NCBI GenBank assembly: GCA_964016885.1
Contig: OZ024747.1
Coordinates: forward strand, 18,848,001-18,912,000
Origin: Eledone cirrhosa
Lineage: Eukaryota
Direction: 5' to 3'
Length of the DNA stretch: 64,000 nucleotides
Part shown: piece by piece, positions 1-14,662 of the stretch
Position numbering within the stretch: position 1 is the stretch's first letter
Layout: the number at the start of each line of letters is the position of its first letter
Notes under the pieces: generated by a model
Seen by the model: only the letters and a program-made list of their open reading frames with translations
The model's database searches: none
What the model was told of the DNA's origin: nothing
Made by a program: the position numbers and the translations under genes

Positions 1-14
1 GAGAGAGAGAGAGA

Positions 15-50
<36 letters not shown>

Positions 51-164
51 AATACACTCACAGTAAATGTTCTCCTCCTTCAACACTTCCCTTAAAATAT
101 GTCTCTTCTTTAGAAATGTAATTACATATTCCACTTTGACATTTACACATCTATCATAACTGTG

Positions 165-165
<1 letters not shown>

Positions 166-220
<55 letters not shown>

Positions 221-1887
221 ACAGACACACAGACACACAGAGACAGACACACAGACAGACACACACCCAGACACACACACACACACACGCAGAGGCACAG
301 ACATACACACACACACACCCACAGACAGACACACAGACAGACACACACATACACACACACAAACAGACACCCACATGTACACGTATACACACACATACCC
401 ACCAAATGTTTTCCATCATATACTGCTATACACAAACACTCTCTCACACACAAACATACCCTGAAAGAGGTACTTACTACACACACACACACACATACAC
501 ACACATACATACATGCACGCATACATACTCATACATACACACATACATACTCATACACAGACACACACTGAAAGATACTTATACACACACATACATGTAC
601 ACATACACTCATACACAGACACACACTAAAAGAGATACTTATACACACACACATGTACACATTCACCCATACACAGACACACACTGAAAGAGATACACAC
701 ACACACGCGCAAGCACACACACATACTCACATGTACACATACACGCACTGAAAAAGATGCTTATACACACACATACTCATATGTACACAGACACGCATTG
801 AAAGAGATACACACACATACATACTCACATGTACACAGACACGCATTGAAAGCGATACACACACACATACATACTCACATGTACACAGACACGCGTTGAA
901 AGCGATACACACACACATACATACTCACATGTACACAGACACGCATTGAAAGCGATACACACACACACACATACTCACATGTACACAGACACTCATCAAA
1001 TATCTGTCATCATATACTAAGGTTTCATGCTGTCATATAGCATGTCATTATCTACCTGCGTGCGCGCATGCGTGCATGCATACACACATACATGCATGCA
1101 CTCACAAACATGCATACATGTATGCACTCACAAACACACAAACACACATACATGTATACACACATACACACATACAGGCAGGCACTGACAAACATGCATA
1201 CATGTACGCACTAACAAACACACAAACACACATACATGTATACACACATACACACATACAGGCATGCGCTGACATACACACATACAGGCATGCACTCACA
1301 TACTCACAAACACACATACATGTATACACACATACACACATACAGGCATGCGCTGACATACTCACATACAGGCATGCACTGACATACTCACAAACACACA
1401 TACATGTATACACACATACACACATACAGGCAGGCACTGACATACTCACAAACACACATACATGTATACACACATACAGGCATGCGCTGACATACACACA
1501 TACAGGCATGCACTCACATACTCACAAACACACATACATGTATACACACATACAGGCATGCACTGACATACTCACAAACACACATACATGTATACACACA
1601 TACACACATACAGGCAGGCACTGACATACTCACATACAGGCATGCACTCACATACACACACAATGGCAGTTGTTACATAGGTGTGCTGTGCAGCACTCAT
1701 TCACACTGTAATAGATATATAGGTAGACAGGTAGACAAGTACAAATACTCACATACACAAGCACATACATACATGCATACACACACATACACATACATAA
1801 GCACATACATACATGCATACACACACATACACATACATACATGCTTACACATACATACCTATATACATGTGTACATATGCACATACA

Positions 1888-1918
<31 letters not shown>

Positions 1919-2210
1919 GCCCTTATATACCTACATATACATACATATATACACATATATACATACACATATACACATACATACACACATACATACACAT
2001 ACATACATATGCACTTATGTACATACATACACACATATATACACATATACACATACATACACACATACATACACATATATACATATGCACTTATGTACAT
2101 ACATACACACATACATATACATACATACATGCATACATAGATACATATACATCCGCACTTATATACATATACATCTATACATACACATATACATACATTC
2201 ACTCACAAAT
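166..2210. repeat. (CA)n/(CATA)n-derived microsatellite and minisatellite field
   Basis: Pure and higher-order CA-rich units, e.g. about 54-bp ACATGTACACAGACACGCATTGAAAGCGAT units at 720-1000. Confidence 0.95.
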
Positions 2211-2409
2211 TAACCATATACCTTGCATACCACAAAGTTGACATATGGCACCTCCCCCACATCAACAAACATATATGTGACATATACAGAAACATACAGA
2301 CATACACACACACACCTGCATCTAAGTACACTCTCACACACACTCACACAGCAGCAATCCCCCCACCCCCACCACACCTGCAACACTCGAGGCAACACAA
2401 ACCAATAAG

Positions 2410-2815
2410 GGAATTTCTATGGAATCACTAGAAATAGAAGCCAAATCTCCCTCAAATCAAACCCAACCATCTTTAAAATGTAGTCCTAGATACATGAAAT
2501 CTGGAGGGGGGGGGGAATGCTATGGGTTCACAGCTGGAATACCTTTGATTATAAGCCTCCATGATCAGTATTTACCTGGGGCTAAACAATCGCAACAATA
2601 ACACAATTTAACATATGCCAATAAGGAAGCCTCTATGGGGGTTGCTCGACCTGCTAGAAATAGCAGCTAAACCTTCAAATTAGTCACTAGTCTTAAAAAA
2701 AAAAAAAAGAGAGACATTGTACAATATAAGCACAGAAATATAAAAAGATGGTGATGGGCACGGTTGGAAAACCTTTGATCCTAGATCTGCTCAATCAGGG
2801 CTAACTTGGGGATGA
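2410..2815 (+). repeat. Old dispersed repeat ending GGGGCTAAAC(AAC)n (also about 7870-7995, 8510-8690-, 9000-9305, 16895-17215, 32625-32705)
   Basis: Shared CGACCTGCTAGAAATAGCAGC.AAA and CTTTGATC...CCTGGGGCTAAAC blocks. Confidence 0.7.
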
Positions 2816-5416
2816 TCCATTCTAATGACATATCTACAGCAATACTTGGGTTATTGTTACCATCATGTGTTGCCCTCCGTTATGTGGTTCTACATTCACT
2901 ACCAGATAGTTAACCTAAGATTAGGGGGTTCCAGACCCATTTCATAAAAAGTAGCAGAGAATTTTTAAAAGGTAGAAGACTGCGTTAGACTGGAGTCCAA
3001 AATGAAAACATTACTAGTAAATTTGAAAATTATACAAACCTGCAAAACAAAGAATTCGAAAGGACTGTTAGGCTGAGTGAAAGACATGACAACCTCCCCA
3101 GTGCTGATGCTATGACAAAATGCATTTAGTAGAGTGCAGGAACATATGTAAGTAATATGTAGGCCCCCTAGTCCATCTGAGAAGTCAGTAGCTCCACTTG
3201 AGTGTACTAACTCAGTCTGTGAAAACCTGTCCAACCCTTGCTAGCAGGGAAAATAGGCATTAAATGTAGATGATAATGATGATGATACATATAAGGATTG
3301 TCTGTAGGTTAGTTCTAATTTATGTAGTTGATATTTCAATAGGATATACATGCACGCACACACATTACTGGATTTTTTAATGAAACACACCACATGACGA
3401 GTTTCAATTAATTCTGAAAATAATCAATACTTTTGATGAATTTAATAAAATAACTTTTTCATTGGTGAGCTGATGTTTGGAACATTACTTATGAAAAAAT
3501 TCTGAAGTAAAATTTTGCTAGACATATTTTCTTCCACTTACTTACTTGGTTTGCTTGTCTTGCAATCTATACTCATCGAGTACACTAACCTTCTATCTAC
3601 TGGCTTGTAATCTGCTTAACTAATAACCTATTTCCCCTCTTTGCTTGGTTTGCTTGCTTAATATTTGAAATAAAATTATATGTTTTAATATAAACATGAA
3701 CACTTTAAAGCAGGCAGTTTTATATCATAAAACAAGAGATGGTTTCAGGCAATCAACTTAGCCTTTTATTTTTTTAGGGTCAATAAAATAAGTAGCAGTC
3801 TAGAGAGGAGGATTGGCAGAATTATTAGAACAAAGATATTTTGTGGTATTTCTTCCATGTCTTTGTGTTCTGGGTTCAAATCTTGTTGTGGCCTACTTAA
3901 TCCTTTGCTTGGTTTAACATTACCTCCTGACCCTTGAGTGTCTTAAGTAGAGTCCACTCTGCTGCAGGCATTCAGGCTGTTTCTCTAATTTCAAAAAATG
4001 ACCATGACCACCACCACCACCACCACCACTCCGTTCTCCAACTATTCTCAGGGACTCACTCCAGATAAAGCCACTACTTCTCTGCATTGAGAGATCACAG
4101 CTCCAATACTACAGATATGTGTTTAAAATGTCTAAGGAAAGAATTGCAATAAAGATTTTACAGGCAAGCCAACTGGCAGGAGATCCAGAGGTAGATCACA
4201 AGCAAGATACATCATCCAGATGTTCAGTTGGTCCTGCTTGAAGATCCAGCTGAATGATATTGGAGATATTGATAGAACTCTCTGAAAAGACACTACTCCC
4301 ATGACCTTCTCAAGGAAGAGGCAGAGGAGATGGAGGGGGAAGAGGAATAGGAGACCATAGTGGTTGGCACTGGGAAGGTCATCTTGCCATAGAAACCAAG
4401 ACAAAAATGGAGCATGCAAGCAAGATGTGGCCACTTGTCTGACCAGTCTAGTGTCAGAAGACAATCTACCTATCCATCTAACTGATATAGAAAATACATG
4501 TTCAATGGTGATGATAATGATGATAGTGTATCTAGAACAACATTATTAAATTTATCCTTCTTTCTATAAGACAATACAATGTAACTCTAAAGATATTTGA
4601 CTGCTATTTATAGCAGGTAGAACAGCCACACTTGAGCAGGGGGGGGGGGGAGCTCCCTCGTTGTCTCGATTCATTGAAGTTGGCGGATGTGGAAATGTTT
4701 GAGTGTAGGGTAAGTATGGTGGGAGATGAGTGGAAGGTTACAGTACACGAGGAAGAAAAGGGTGAATGGGGTGAACAGAGAAGAGAGAGAAGGAAGTTGT
4801 TAGTGTTGAGACTGAGAGCTGGAGTTGAATATGAAATATATATAATGAAGATGCTGGCATGGATGTTGCAGCTAACAGAGATATATAACTAGGTTAAGTA
4901 GATGAGGAAAGGAACACTGTCAAAAATTAATGGAGATGTTTTTGGCAAGGAACCAGAAGGTTCAGCTGCAAATGAACCGAGGGGATAAGGGTGAGGATGA
5001 GAGTGTTTTTTGACAAAGCAAGAATGTTAGATTATTATTATTAATATTATTACTATTATTATTATTATTATTATTATCATTACTTATTGTCTTCCTAACA
5101 ACTTTCTTCTACCAATTTCAGTTGCAGACAGATCCCAAATGAAATCATATTAATGTAGGAAATATTATTTCAGATTTTGAAAGACCTCTTTATTCTGCTT
5201 CACAATGATGTCCCATTTCTTTGCAAACCTTTATGAGATGTTATAGTTCTGACTAGACATAATAATGGTTGTATGGTTAGGAAGTTTGCTTTGCAGCTAC
5301 GTCATTTTGGGCGCCATTCTATGTTAAATTGGGCAATTGTCTTCTGCTATTGCTTCAAGCCAGCCAATGCTTTGTGAGTGAAATCAGTAGACAAAAACTA
5401 TAAAGTAAACTGCTGC

Positions 5417-6016
5417 ATCATCATCATCATTTTACATCCGTTTTTCCATACAGATATGGGTTGGTCAATCTTCTCCAGCAGAGATTTTCTCCACTTGTTG
5501 TATTCTTTTGCCATCTCCTCTGTCAGGTTCAGTATTTATACTCAGGTTTTCCTCAGTCTTCCTCTTCTGCAGTTTCATTCCACTGTGAACACTTGACACT
5601 TCTTCACCAAATGATCATCCATATCATTCATATATAACTAACACAATCCTCTTTCTTGCACACTGCATCTGATTCCTTTTATGCCCAGTTTTTTTCTTAT
5701 CTCATCTGTGCTCATGTAGTTTATGCATGTTAATATTATACATCCAACAGAGCATGCTCACTTCATTTCTCTCCAGCCTTCATGTATCCTCTGCATTTAC
5801 CATCCATGTCACACTATCATATAACACCACACGTCTCACACAGACATCATACAATTTACTCTTCACTCACAGAGAAAATCCCTTTGTTGCCAACAGAAGT
5901 AGTAGCTCCCTTAACTTTTTCTGTCCAGTTCTTATTCTAGTTACTATGCTTTTGAAGCAACATTCCCCACTGCTTATTAGATCACCTAGATAAGAAAAGC
6001 TATGAACTATTTCTAT
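5417..6016 (-). pseudogene. Decayed RTE-clade LINE 3' portion (RT C-terminal region and tail)
   Basis: Minus-strand translation IEIVHSFSYLGDLISSGECCFKSIVTRIRTGQKKLRELLLLLATKGFSL*VKSKLYDVCVRRVVLYDSVTW...RLERNEVSMLCWM with stops; ends GGATGTAAA(TGA)n. Confidence 0.85.
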
Positions 6017-7704
6017 GAAACCTTCTCAGCATTGGAAAAAGTATATTTCACTGGTGCCATTACTCTTTGTACAAGAATTATGCACAGATAATATATTAGT
6101 CAATAACATTTCAACACAGCTGGACTTTCACATTTTATTTCATATTTTCACAAGTACTTTTATGTCTTCTGGAACACTATTCAGATGAATATTAACACAG
6201 CCATAATATCTAGGTGGATAGTAAGATGACCATGTTAATATAGATATAATGACCATGTTAATAACCATCTAGATATAACAGCCATCTTTTATTTTGTTTT
6301 TTGTTGGGGGAATGGGGGAATAGACAAACCTTTTTTTTTCCAGTGATTTTCTTGTGGCAGCTCAGGATTGTTGAGCTCTCGTGAGATCATGGATCAAAGA
6401 ATTAATCTCTTTAATACTGCCTTCATTGATTTACAAAAGTGTTTATGGTGGTATGTGTCACAACATTTTCTTGTAGAATCTAAACTACTATAAGTATTCA
6501 AACTTATATTAATCCTATCAAACTAAATATGAGTATTTTTGTCAGAAGGTGAACATGTTAATAAATCACTCAAATTTAGAGTTCTTGGAATGTTCTTGTG
6601 TATAATTTATGGTAACCTTATGGGTTACAGTGAAAATTTCTAAGGTGATTCAGTTAATGACAACACTTTGATAAAAAATCTCTTAAATCTGTTATAGCAA
6701 GCATTAAATCTGTGATCTTAAACTACAACTATGACACACAGTTTAAGTGCAAATCAAGTTTCTCTTAATTCAAGTAAAACAATTTAATCTGTTAAAGCTA
6801 GGTATAAATTATAAACTGAAGTTTAATGTGATTGGAGGAGGAGGAGGAGGAGGGGGGGGGGGGGTATAATATGATTTCTACCGATATCAAATATCTAGAA
6901 ATTGTTTGAAACAAAAACACAAACAAACTAACAAACACATTACTGTGGAAAGCATATGAAAGATGTAATGGCCTTCAAAAGAAGCTTCTGGTAGTAAAAT
7001 GAAACTAAATTAGACACCATATGCCCTCTGACCTATTTACTTTCTACCTCATACTATGTAGATTTTTTTCTCTAGCTGCCATATGTTTAAGTCCATCAGG
7101 TGATGAAGAAGAAGAAGAAATGAGGGGTAAGCATAAAACTAGACATAAAGCCTAATACTTTCAATGTAAGAAAAAGCAATACTGCTAAAACACAAATTTC
7201 TTACATAGGAATGAAGTCCCAGATTTCTTTTTTTTTTTTAAGGGGAAAGGAAATAAATACCTTCATGCCTCTCCTAGGAGTATTAGCAATGTAAATAAAG
7301 TGAAACAGATGTAGTTGGCTTGTTGGCTATTGAAATCAGGTTTTAGACATTGCTAAATTAATGTGCAAAGAAACATCTATTTTATTATACTGAAAGCTGA
7401 ACTTTGTTAATGCCAAGTCAGTTGAAATGGATGAGTCATTTCAATACATGAGGATGCTGTTTCAGGTTTCTTCTAATATTTACCAAACATAGATCTATTT
7501 TGTTCAGGATCCACTATTCTCTAAACGAAAACAAGCTGATTTTTGGTTTGTTTTTTGTTTTCTGCTAAAGAATTTACTATTTAGTTAGTTACGACTCATT
7601 TAGCAATTAGATTCTTTCTCATTTCCAAATTTCTAAGAGACATTTACACATGATAAAAATGGTGGTAACCAAATAAAGAACAATTCTTTGTTGCTTAGAT
7701 ATGG

Positions 7705-7735
<31 letters not shown>

Positions 7736-7809
7736 CAATTTTGGTTGTTGTAGATATGATTTCTAATTTAACCACAAGGCCAGCAATTTTTTTTTTTTGG
7801 GGGGGGGTC

Positions 7810-7852
<43 letters not shown>

Positions 7853-8254
7853 TGCGTCAAACTTCAATCATAGGCCTCCTTGATCAGTATTTACGCATGC
7901 TTAACAATAACCACAACAACGACATATGACAATGCCAATAAGGAAGACTCCATGTGGTCATTCGACCTGCTAGAAATAGTAGCTAAACCTTCAAATTAGT
8001 CTCTTGTCGTAACAGAGTGGCAGTGGTACTTTATTTTATCCACCCCAGAAGAATAAAAGGCAAAGTTAACTTTGGCATGATTTAAACTCAACATAAAAAG
8101 CCAAAACCAAGCCCTCAAAGTATTTTGTCCTACACCCAAGTGATTTTGACAATCCACCACCCTAGTTGAGATATAAAGCTGACAGTATCTATAATATGTG
8201 TTCATTTTGTTGTTGATGATGTTATTATTTAACACCAAGTCATCCCTGATTAGC

Positions 8255-8454
8255 NNNNNNNNNNNNNNNNNNNNNNNNNNNNNNNNNNNNNNNNNNNNNN
8301 NNNNNNNNNNNNNNNNNNNNNNNNNNNNNNNNNNNNNNNNNNNNNNNNNNNNNNNNNNNNNNNNNNNNNNNNNNNNNNNNNNNNNNNNNNNNNNNNNNNN
8401 NNNNNNNNNNNNNNNNNNNNNNNNNNNNNNNNNNNNNNNNNNNNNNNNNNNNNN
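8255..8454. other. Assembly gap (200 N, probably a fixed-size scaffold join)
   Basis: Exactly 200 n. Confidence 0.98.
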
Positions 8455-9524
8455 CATCAAGCTTGGCTCTATTATCAGTTTTTCACAGACTAGAGGGTGA
8501 GTAAGGGAGCTATTGTTGTTGTTTAACCCCAAGTCAACCTTGATTAAACATTCCTACCCATAAACCACCCTGTCTTTTTAGGGAGAATCTAACATTCCAC
8601 TATCCAGCCTGTTCTTGTTTTAATAGAGTATGTGCAATTTGAGGGAGATTTGGTGGCTATCTTTACCAGGTCGAGCAACCACATACAGGAACCCCTGGAG
8701 TAGTAAACGAGTGATTGAGTGTCTTTTCTAAAGGAGTGGAGCTGTGATCAAGTGGAGTGGGGGTGGGGGAGATATGAGATAAGTAAAGACCCTACTCTGT
8801 TGCCATAGAACCAAAGAAAAAAATAGTCAAGCTAAACTGATCAGGGATTACAGAAAAATATAAAGTAAATGAATGTTGAACATCAACACCCACACCCAGC
8901 ACACCACCTCCACCACCACCATGCCACACACCACTGCCATTACCACACCACCACCATCACACCACCCCATCACCACCACTACACTTCCCTGAACCTGAGC
9001 CAATGAAGAAGTCACAACGTGGTCACTTTACAGGCTAGAAATAGTAACCAAATCTCCCTCAAATCACACCACTACACTTCCCTGAACCTGAGCCAATGAA
9101 GAAGCCACAACGTGGGCACTCTACAGGCTAGAAATAGTAACCAAATCTCCCTCAAATCATATTCTTACTGATTTAGAAACTACCATATTGGATAATATGG
9201 TACTTAGGTCCCCACCTGCCACTCTTGCACATAGAAAAAGACGAGATGGTCATGGTTGGAATGACTTTCAGCTGGATAGGGGCTGACCTGGGGCTAAACA
9301 ACAACACACACCATAAACCTACCCACCATCATACACTAAGTAACCTGACTACCTACCACCACTACCCTATCACCACCACCACCACAACCGCACCACCACC
9401 ACCACCACCACAGCCACACCACTACCACCACCACCACAGCCACACCACCACCACCACAGCCACACCACAACCACCACCACCATCACATACCTACCACTTC
9501 TTTCAAAACCAACATAACCATCTG

Positions 9525-9526
<2 letters not shown>

Positions 9527-9579
<53 letters not shown>

Positions 9580-9665
9580 ATGTCTGAGTGTGTGTACGTG
9601 TGTGTGTATGTGTATGTGTGTATGTCTGTGTATGTGTGTGTGCATGTACATGTCTGAGTGTGTGT

Positions 9666-9757
<92 letters not shown>

Positions 9758-10180
9758 ATGTCTGTGTATATTTATGAGTACGTATGTGAGTGAGTGTGTG
9801 TCTGTATATTTGTGCATGTCTGCATACATGTGTATGTGTATCAGTGTATGTGTGTGTGAGTGTACATGTCTGTATATATTTGTGTGTTTACATGATCATC
9901 TGCATGTGTGTGTATGTGTTTGTGTATATATGCATTTGTAGATGTATGTGCGTGTGTGTGTGAACAGATATATGAGTGTACATATGTATATGTAAGTGTG
10001 TGTATGTGTGTATATATGTATGTGTGTGTGTATGTGTGTAGGTATGTAGGTATGTATGTGTGTATGTATGTGTGTATGTGTGTATATATGTATGTGGGTA
10101 TGTATGTGTGTAGGTATGTAGGTATGTATATAGGTATGTATGTGTGTATGTGTATATATATATATATGTATGTAGGTATG

Positions 10181-10237
<57 letters not shown>

Positions 10238-11172
10238 CTATGTATGTGTGTGTATATATATATATATGTATCTATGTATGTATGTGTGTATGTGTGTATA
10301 TGTGTATATATGTATATATATATGTATCTATGTATGTATGTGTGTATGTGTGTATATGTGTATATATGTATATATGTATGTGTATATATGTATATATATA
10401 TATGTATCTATGTATGTGTGTGTGTATGTGTGTATATGTATATATATGTATATATGTATGTATGTATGTGTGTATGTGTGTATATGTGTATATATGTATA
10501 TATGTATGTATGTATATATGTATGTATGTATGTGTGTATGTGTGTATATGTGTATATATGTATATATGTATATATGTATGTATGTATGTGTGTATGTGTG
10601 TATATGTGTATATATGTATATATGTATGTATGTATATATGTATGTATGTATGTGTGTATGTGTGTATATATGTATATATGTATGTATGTATGTATGTGAC
10701 TAGATAATCAGGCAGACATCAGAGAACTTTCTACATTCAATTAATCACACACCCAAGGAGGAAGAGGAAGGGAGGGGCTACATCCACCCACGGAGACACA
10801 CATACGCACACTACACACATACACACACTACATACATATATACTACATACATACACACACTACATTACATACATACCCACACACTACAATCACACACACA
10901 CTACATATATACACACACTACATACATATACACACACATACATATACACTACACACACATACATACACATACATATACACTACATACATATACACACACA
11001 TACATATACGCTACATACATATACACTACATACATACACACACACACACACACATACATATAAATACACTACATACATACATAAATACACTACATACATA
11101 CATACATACACTGTATACATACATAACCACACACTACTTACATATACACACACACACACACACTACACACAA
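9527..11172. repeat. (TG)n/(TATG)n field followed by a complementary (CA/CATA)n field
   Basis: Direct reading. Confidence 0.95.
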
Positions 11173-11452
11173 TCACATAAATACCAAGGAAAAAAGAACA
11201 TCTATATATACATACCAATACATAAAACTATACAACATATGAGTGAAGGGGTGAGTGGGATTTGGTACACCTCTCACACACCTCTCTATCTGCCCCCCCC
11301 CCCCCCCCCCCCCCCCCGAACACCCCATTGTGGTGACCCCAATATATATATTGGTAAACATGTCAAGAAAATGAAATGATTGAATAAATTGAAGGCCTTG
11401 GTGGTGGTGACAGTGGTGGGTTTGTGGTGATATATATATATATATATATATA

Positions 11453-11652
11453 TAACAAAGGAAATGTGGTAAGGAACCAGGTGGACCATAACGCACCAAA
11501 GTACTCAATACTTAGGGTAGTAGAGTGGGTGATAGGAGCGAGTAGGACCCCGACGGCTGAGCTCAAGCCGTTTCGACGGCTAATTCTGGACAGTCCCGAA
11601 TTAGCCGTCGAAACGGCTTGAGCTCAACCGTCGGGGTCCTACTCGTTCCTAT
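11453..11652. mobile_element. Unclassified short element with terminal hairpin and fold-back duplication (other copies 11903-11961, 14117-14241, 60675-60862)
   Basis: Shared GTGGTAAGGAACCAG..TACTCAATACTTAGGGTAGTAGAGTGGG..GACCCCGACGGC.GAGCTCAAGCCGTTTCGACGGCTA.TTCTGG. Confidence 0.8.
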
Positions 11653-11663
11653 ATATATATATA

Positions 11664-11895
11664 TTTAAGAGTTAAACAAGATTCAATGAATACATCAAAG
11701 AATGAGTTTTAAGATTTAATCACTACCTTGATTAAATCTTAACCATCTACCATGTCAGGGTACAGGGTATGTCATGTATCATTTTATTTTATCTGATGAG
11801 GACGTACTGTTGAACTTAATTCAGTACCTCTGAAATATGTATAATAAAATATAATTGATCACAAGAATATCTTTTGTTAATATTTTGAATTAATA
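11664..11895 (+). mobile_element. Hammerhead-bearing Penelope-like terminal fragment with inverted 5' piece
   Basis: 11735-11895 aligns with 44996-45153; 11664-11710 is the reverse complement of about 45200-45248; junction is a hairpin TTAAGATTTAATCA/TGATTAAATCTTAA. Confidence 0.65.
11785..11851 (+). ncRNA. Type I hammerhead ribozyme motif (minimal stem III)
   Basis: Stem I TATTTTAT/ATAAAATA; CTGATGA; stem II GGAcGTACTG/CAGTACcTCT; GAAA; T-ATGT-A; AUA triplet, predicted cut after 11843. Confidence 0.8.
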
Positions 11896-11960
11896 TACAT
11901 ATAGTCCAGAAATAGCCGTCAAAACGGCTTGAGCTCTGCTGTCGGGGTCATACTTTTTCC

Positions 11961-11997
<37 letters not shown>

Positions 11998-12113
11998 ACA
12001 TATATATCTGTATGTAGTTGACAGCCGAGAGAAAATTTAGTGAGTCTTGTTACTCCTGAGTTTTCCAGGCAAAATTCCAGAGTAAAAAAACTCACTATTT
12101 AGCCATGATAAAA

Positions 12114-12156
<43 letters not shown>

Positions 12157-12160
<4 letters not shown>

Positions 12161-12404
12161 TCATCATCATTTTACGTCCACTTTTCCCTGCTTGCAAGGG
12201 TGGGACGGGAACTGATTCTGGCTTGATTTCTACAGCTGGATGCCCTTCCTAACACCAACCTCATTTACAGTGAGTGCTGGGTGCTTTTTTGCCGTGGCAC
12301 CTCCACGACCACTTTGCAGTGGAATGATAGGGACCCCAGTCCCTATCATCTCATTTCTACAGCTGAGTAAACTGGAGCAATGTGAAATAAAGTCTCTTGC
12401 TCAA

Positions 12405-12461
<57 letters not shown>

Positions 12462-12660
12462 AAACGTGGTTGGTGTTAGGAAGGGCATCCAGACGTAGAA
12501 AACCCGCCAGACAGTCCTATACGAGCAGGACAACCAATCTTGCCTCAAGTGGGAAAACTCCCATCCAAACCCATGCAAGCGTGGAAGATGGACGTTAAAC
12601 GATGATGACGATGATGATGATGATGATATATATATGTTGTTTTTGCCAAGAAGAAGTAAG
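12157..12660. repeat. Composite unit: SINE A 3' part (-) / (TA)n / family C tail (+); copy 1
   Basis: Repeated almost base-for-base at 13530-14017 including flank TGTTGTTTTTGCC(A/G)AGAAGAAGTAAG. Confidence 0.85.
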
Positions 12661-13529
12661 GATATATATATGTTCTCAAAATAAATACTTTCAAAATCTC
12701 ATAGATTCGATATTATGTGAGGTAAAGCCTTTACCATGAAAATATAATAGTATATATAGAGTAATGTAATGTTAAAGGGTTAAAATGAGCAGTTGTATAT
12801 CATAAATTAGGGAGGTATCAGGCAGTTTGATATTAAAAGGGTTATATATATAGAGTAATGTGAATACTAAAGGGTTAAACTAGTGAATCAGTGCTGTCAA
12901 CAATGACAGCTATAGCACTAAACATATTTACTTTTGGACTCCAGCATGGATATGTCATGTATAACAGGTTTACCAGATATATGAACAATCATACACACTT
13001 GAGAAAATACTGTTCTGGTGAATTAATGTTTCACATATGACAAACCCTCTAGTTTATGTTGATTACTTACACATGGACGTGACTGAAGATAAAAATGATA
13101 TTGTAATAATCTATTTCTAAGATATATATATATATATATATTCATAATTACATAAATGTTTAACAGGTATGTACACATGACATACAGGAATAAATGTATA
13201 AGTAACTTAGGAGAAATAACTATTTACAGGGACAATTTTACTTGAAAAGCAAAATTATTTTAGTCACATGACTAAGATAGAAAATGCATTGTGTTGTATG
13301 TTCATATGTTTGTGTGTGAGTGAATACACAATCTCAATTAGGAGCAAAAACTCCAAAACAATTGTTGATTGTTTTCTCTCTGCTACCATTAGAGTAAAAG
13401 GATGATGTTAGTCCTCTAACTAATGGGGTTTATGAGGCTGTTTGCTTGCAAACACACAAAATACTAATAATAATATGATATAATTATAATATCATTATTA
13501 TTCACTTCAGGAATAATACTGTATTATAT

Positions 13530-13786
13530 ATCATCATCATCATCATCATCATTTTACGTCCACTTTTCCCTGCTTGCAAGGGTGGGACGGGAACTGATTC
13601 TGGCTTGAATTCTACAGCTGGATGCCCTTCCTAACACCAACCTCATTTACAGTGAGTGCTGGGTGCTTTTTTGCCGTGGCACCTCCACGACCACTTTGCA
13701 GTGGAATGATAGGGACCCCAGTCCCTATCATCTCATTTCTACAGCTGAGTAAACTGGAACAATGTGAAATAAAGTCTCTTGCTCAA

Positions 13787-13823
<37 letters not shown>

Positions 13824-14017
13824 AAACGTGGTTGGTGTTAGGAAGGGCATCCAGACGTAGAAAACCCGCCAGACAGTCCTATACGAGCAGGACAACCAAT
13901 CTTGCCTCAAGTGGGAAAACTCCCGTCCAAACCCATGCAAGCATGGAAGATGGACGTTAAACGATGATGATGATGATGATATATATATATATGTTGTTTT
14001 TGCCGAGAAGAAGTAAG
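13530..14017. repeat. Composite unit, copy 2
   Basis: See 12157-12660; differs mainly in (TA)n and (GAT)n length. Confidence 0.85.
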
Positions 14018-14320
14018 TGACATAGTCACTACTTTAAAACTCATAGTGAATGGTCTTCTAAATGTTTTAATTAAAAATACAGTATATTGCCACTATACAT
14101 ACATTCATATATATATGGTCCAGAAATAGCTGTCGAAACGGCTCGAGCTCTGCCGTCGGGGTCTTGAACATTTTCCTATTACCCACTCTACTATCCTAAG
14201 TATTGAGTACTCTGGTGCACACTTACCACACTTCCTTCGTTATATATATATATATATATATATCCACACACATACAATATATATATATATACACACACAT
14301 GCTGATGATGATGATGATGA

Positions 14321-14382
<62 letters not shown>

Positions 14383-14430
14383 ATTTACATATACAATACA
14401 CATATGCATATATGTGTATTGTATGTATGA

Positions 14431-14475
<45 letters not shown>

Positions 14476-14662
14476 TATGTGTATTGTATGTGTAGATGTA
14501 TGTATATTTACTCATACAATACACACATACACACACATATTTAAACACATACACACACATATATATATATATACACACACACATACATATCTATGTACAT
14601 ACGCATACTCACACGTGTGTGTCTGTGTGCATAAAGCATGAGGATTTTGTAGCCATACTTAC

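Noticed and set aside
143-2241. Long HT/CV/YI-rich ORFs here and at 9.4-10.7, 26, 27.8-29, 48.7-49.5 and 55.3-55.9 kb
   Set aside because: Translations of dinucleotide microsatellites that lack stops by composition; no splice or domain support.
2965-3234. 89-aa minus-strand ORF as the next LAP exon
   Set aside because: No LRR pattern; overlaps an old RTE-tailed repeat.
12240-12479. Recurrent ORF MPFLTPTSFTVSAG... suggesting a small multigene family
   Set aside because: It is the antisense reading of SINE A.
14609-14662. ORF continuation VSMATKSSCFMHTDTHV
   Set aside because: Read-through past a consensus GTAAGT donor where LRR similarity ends.
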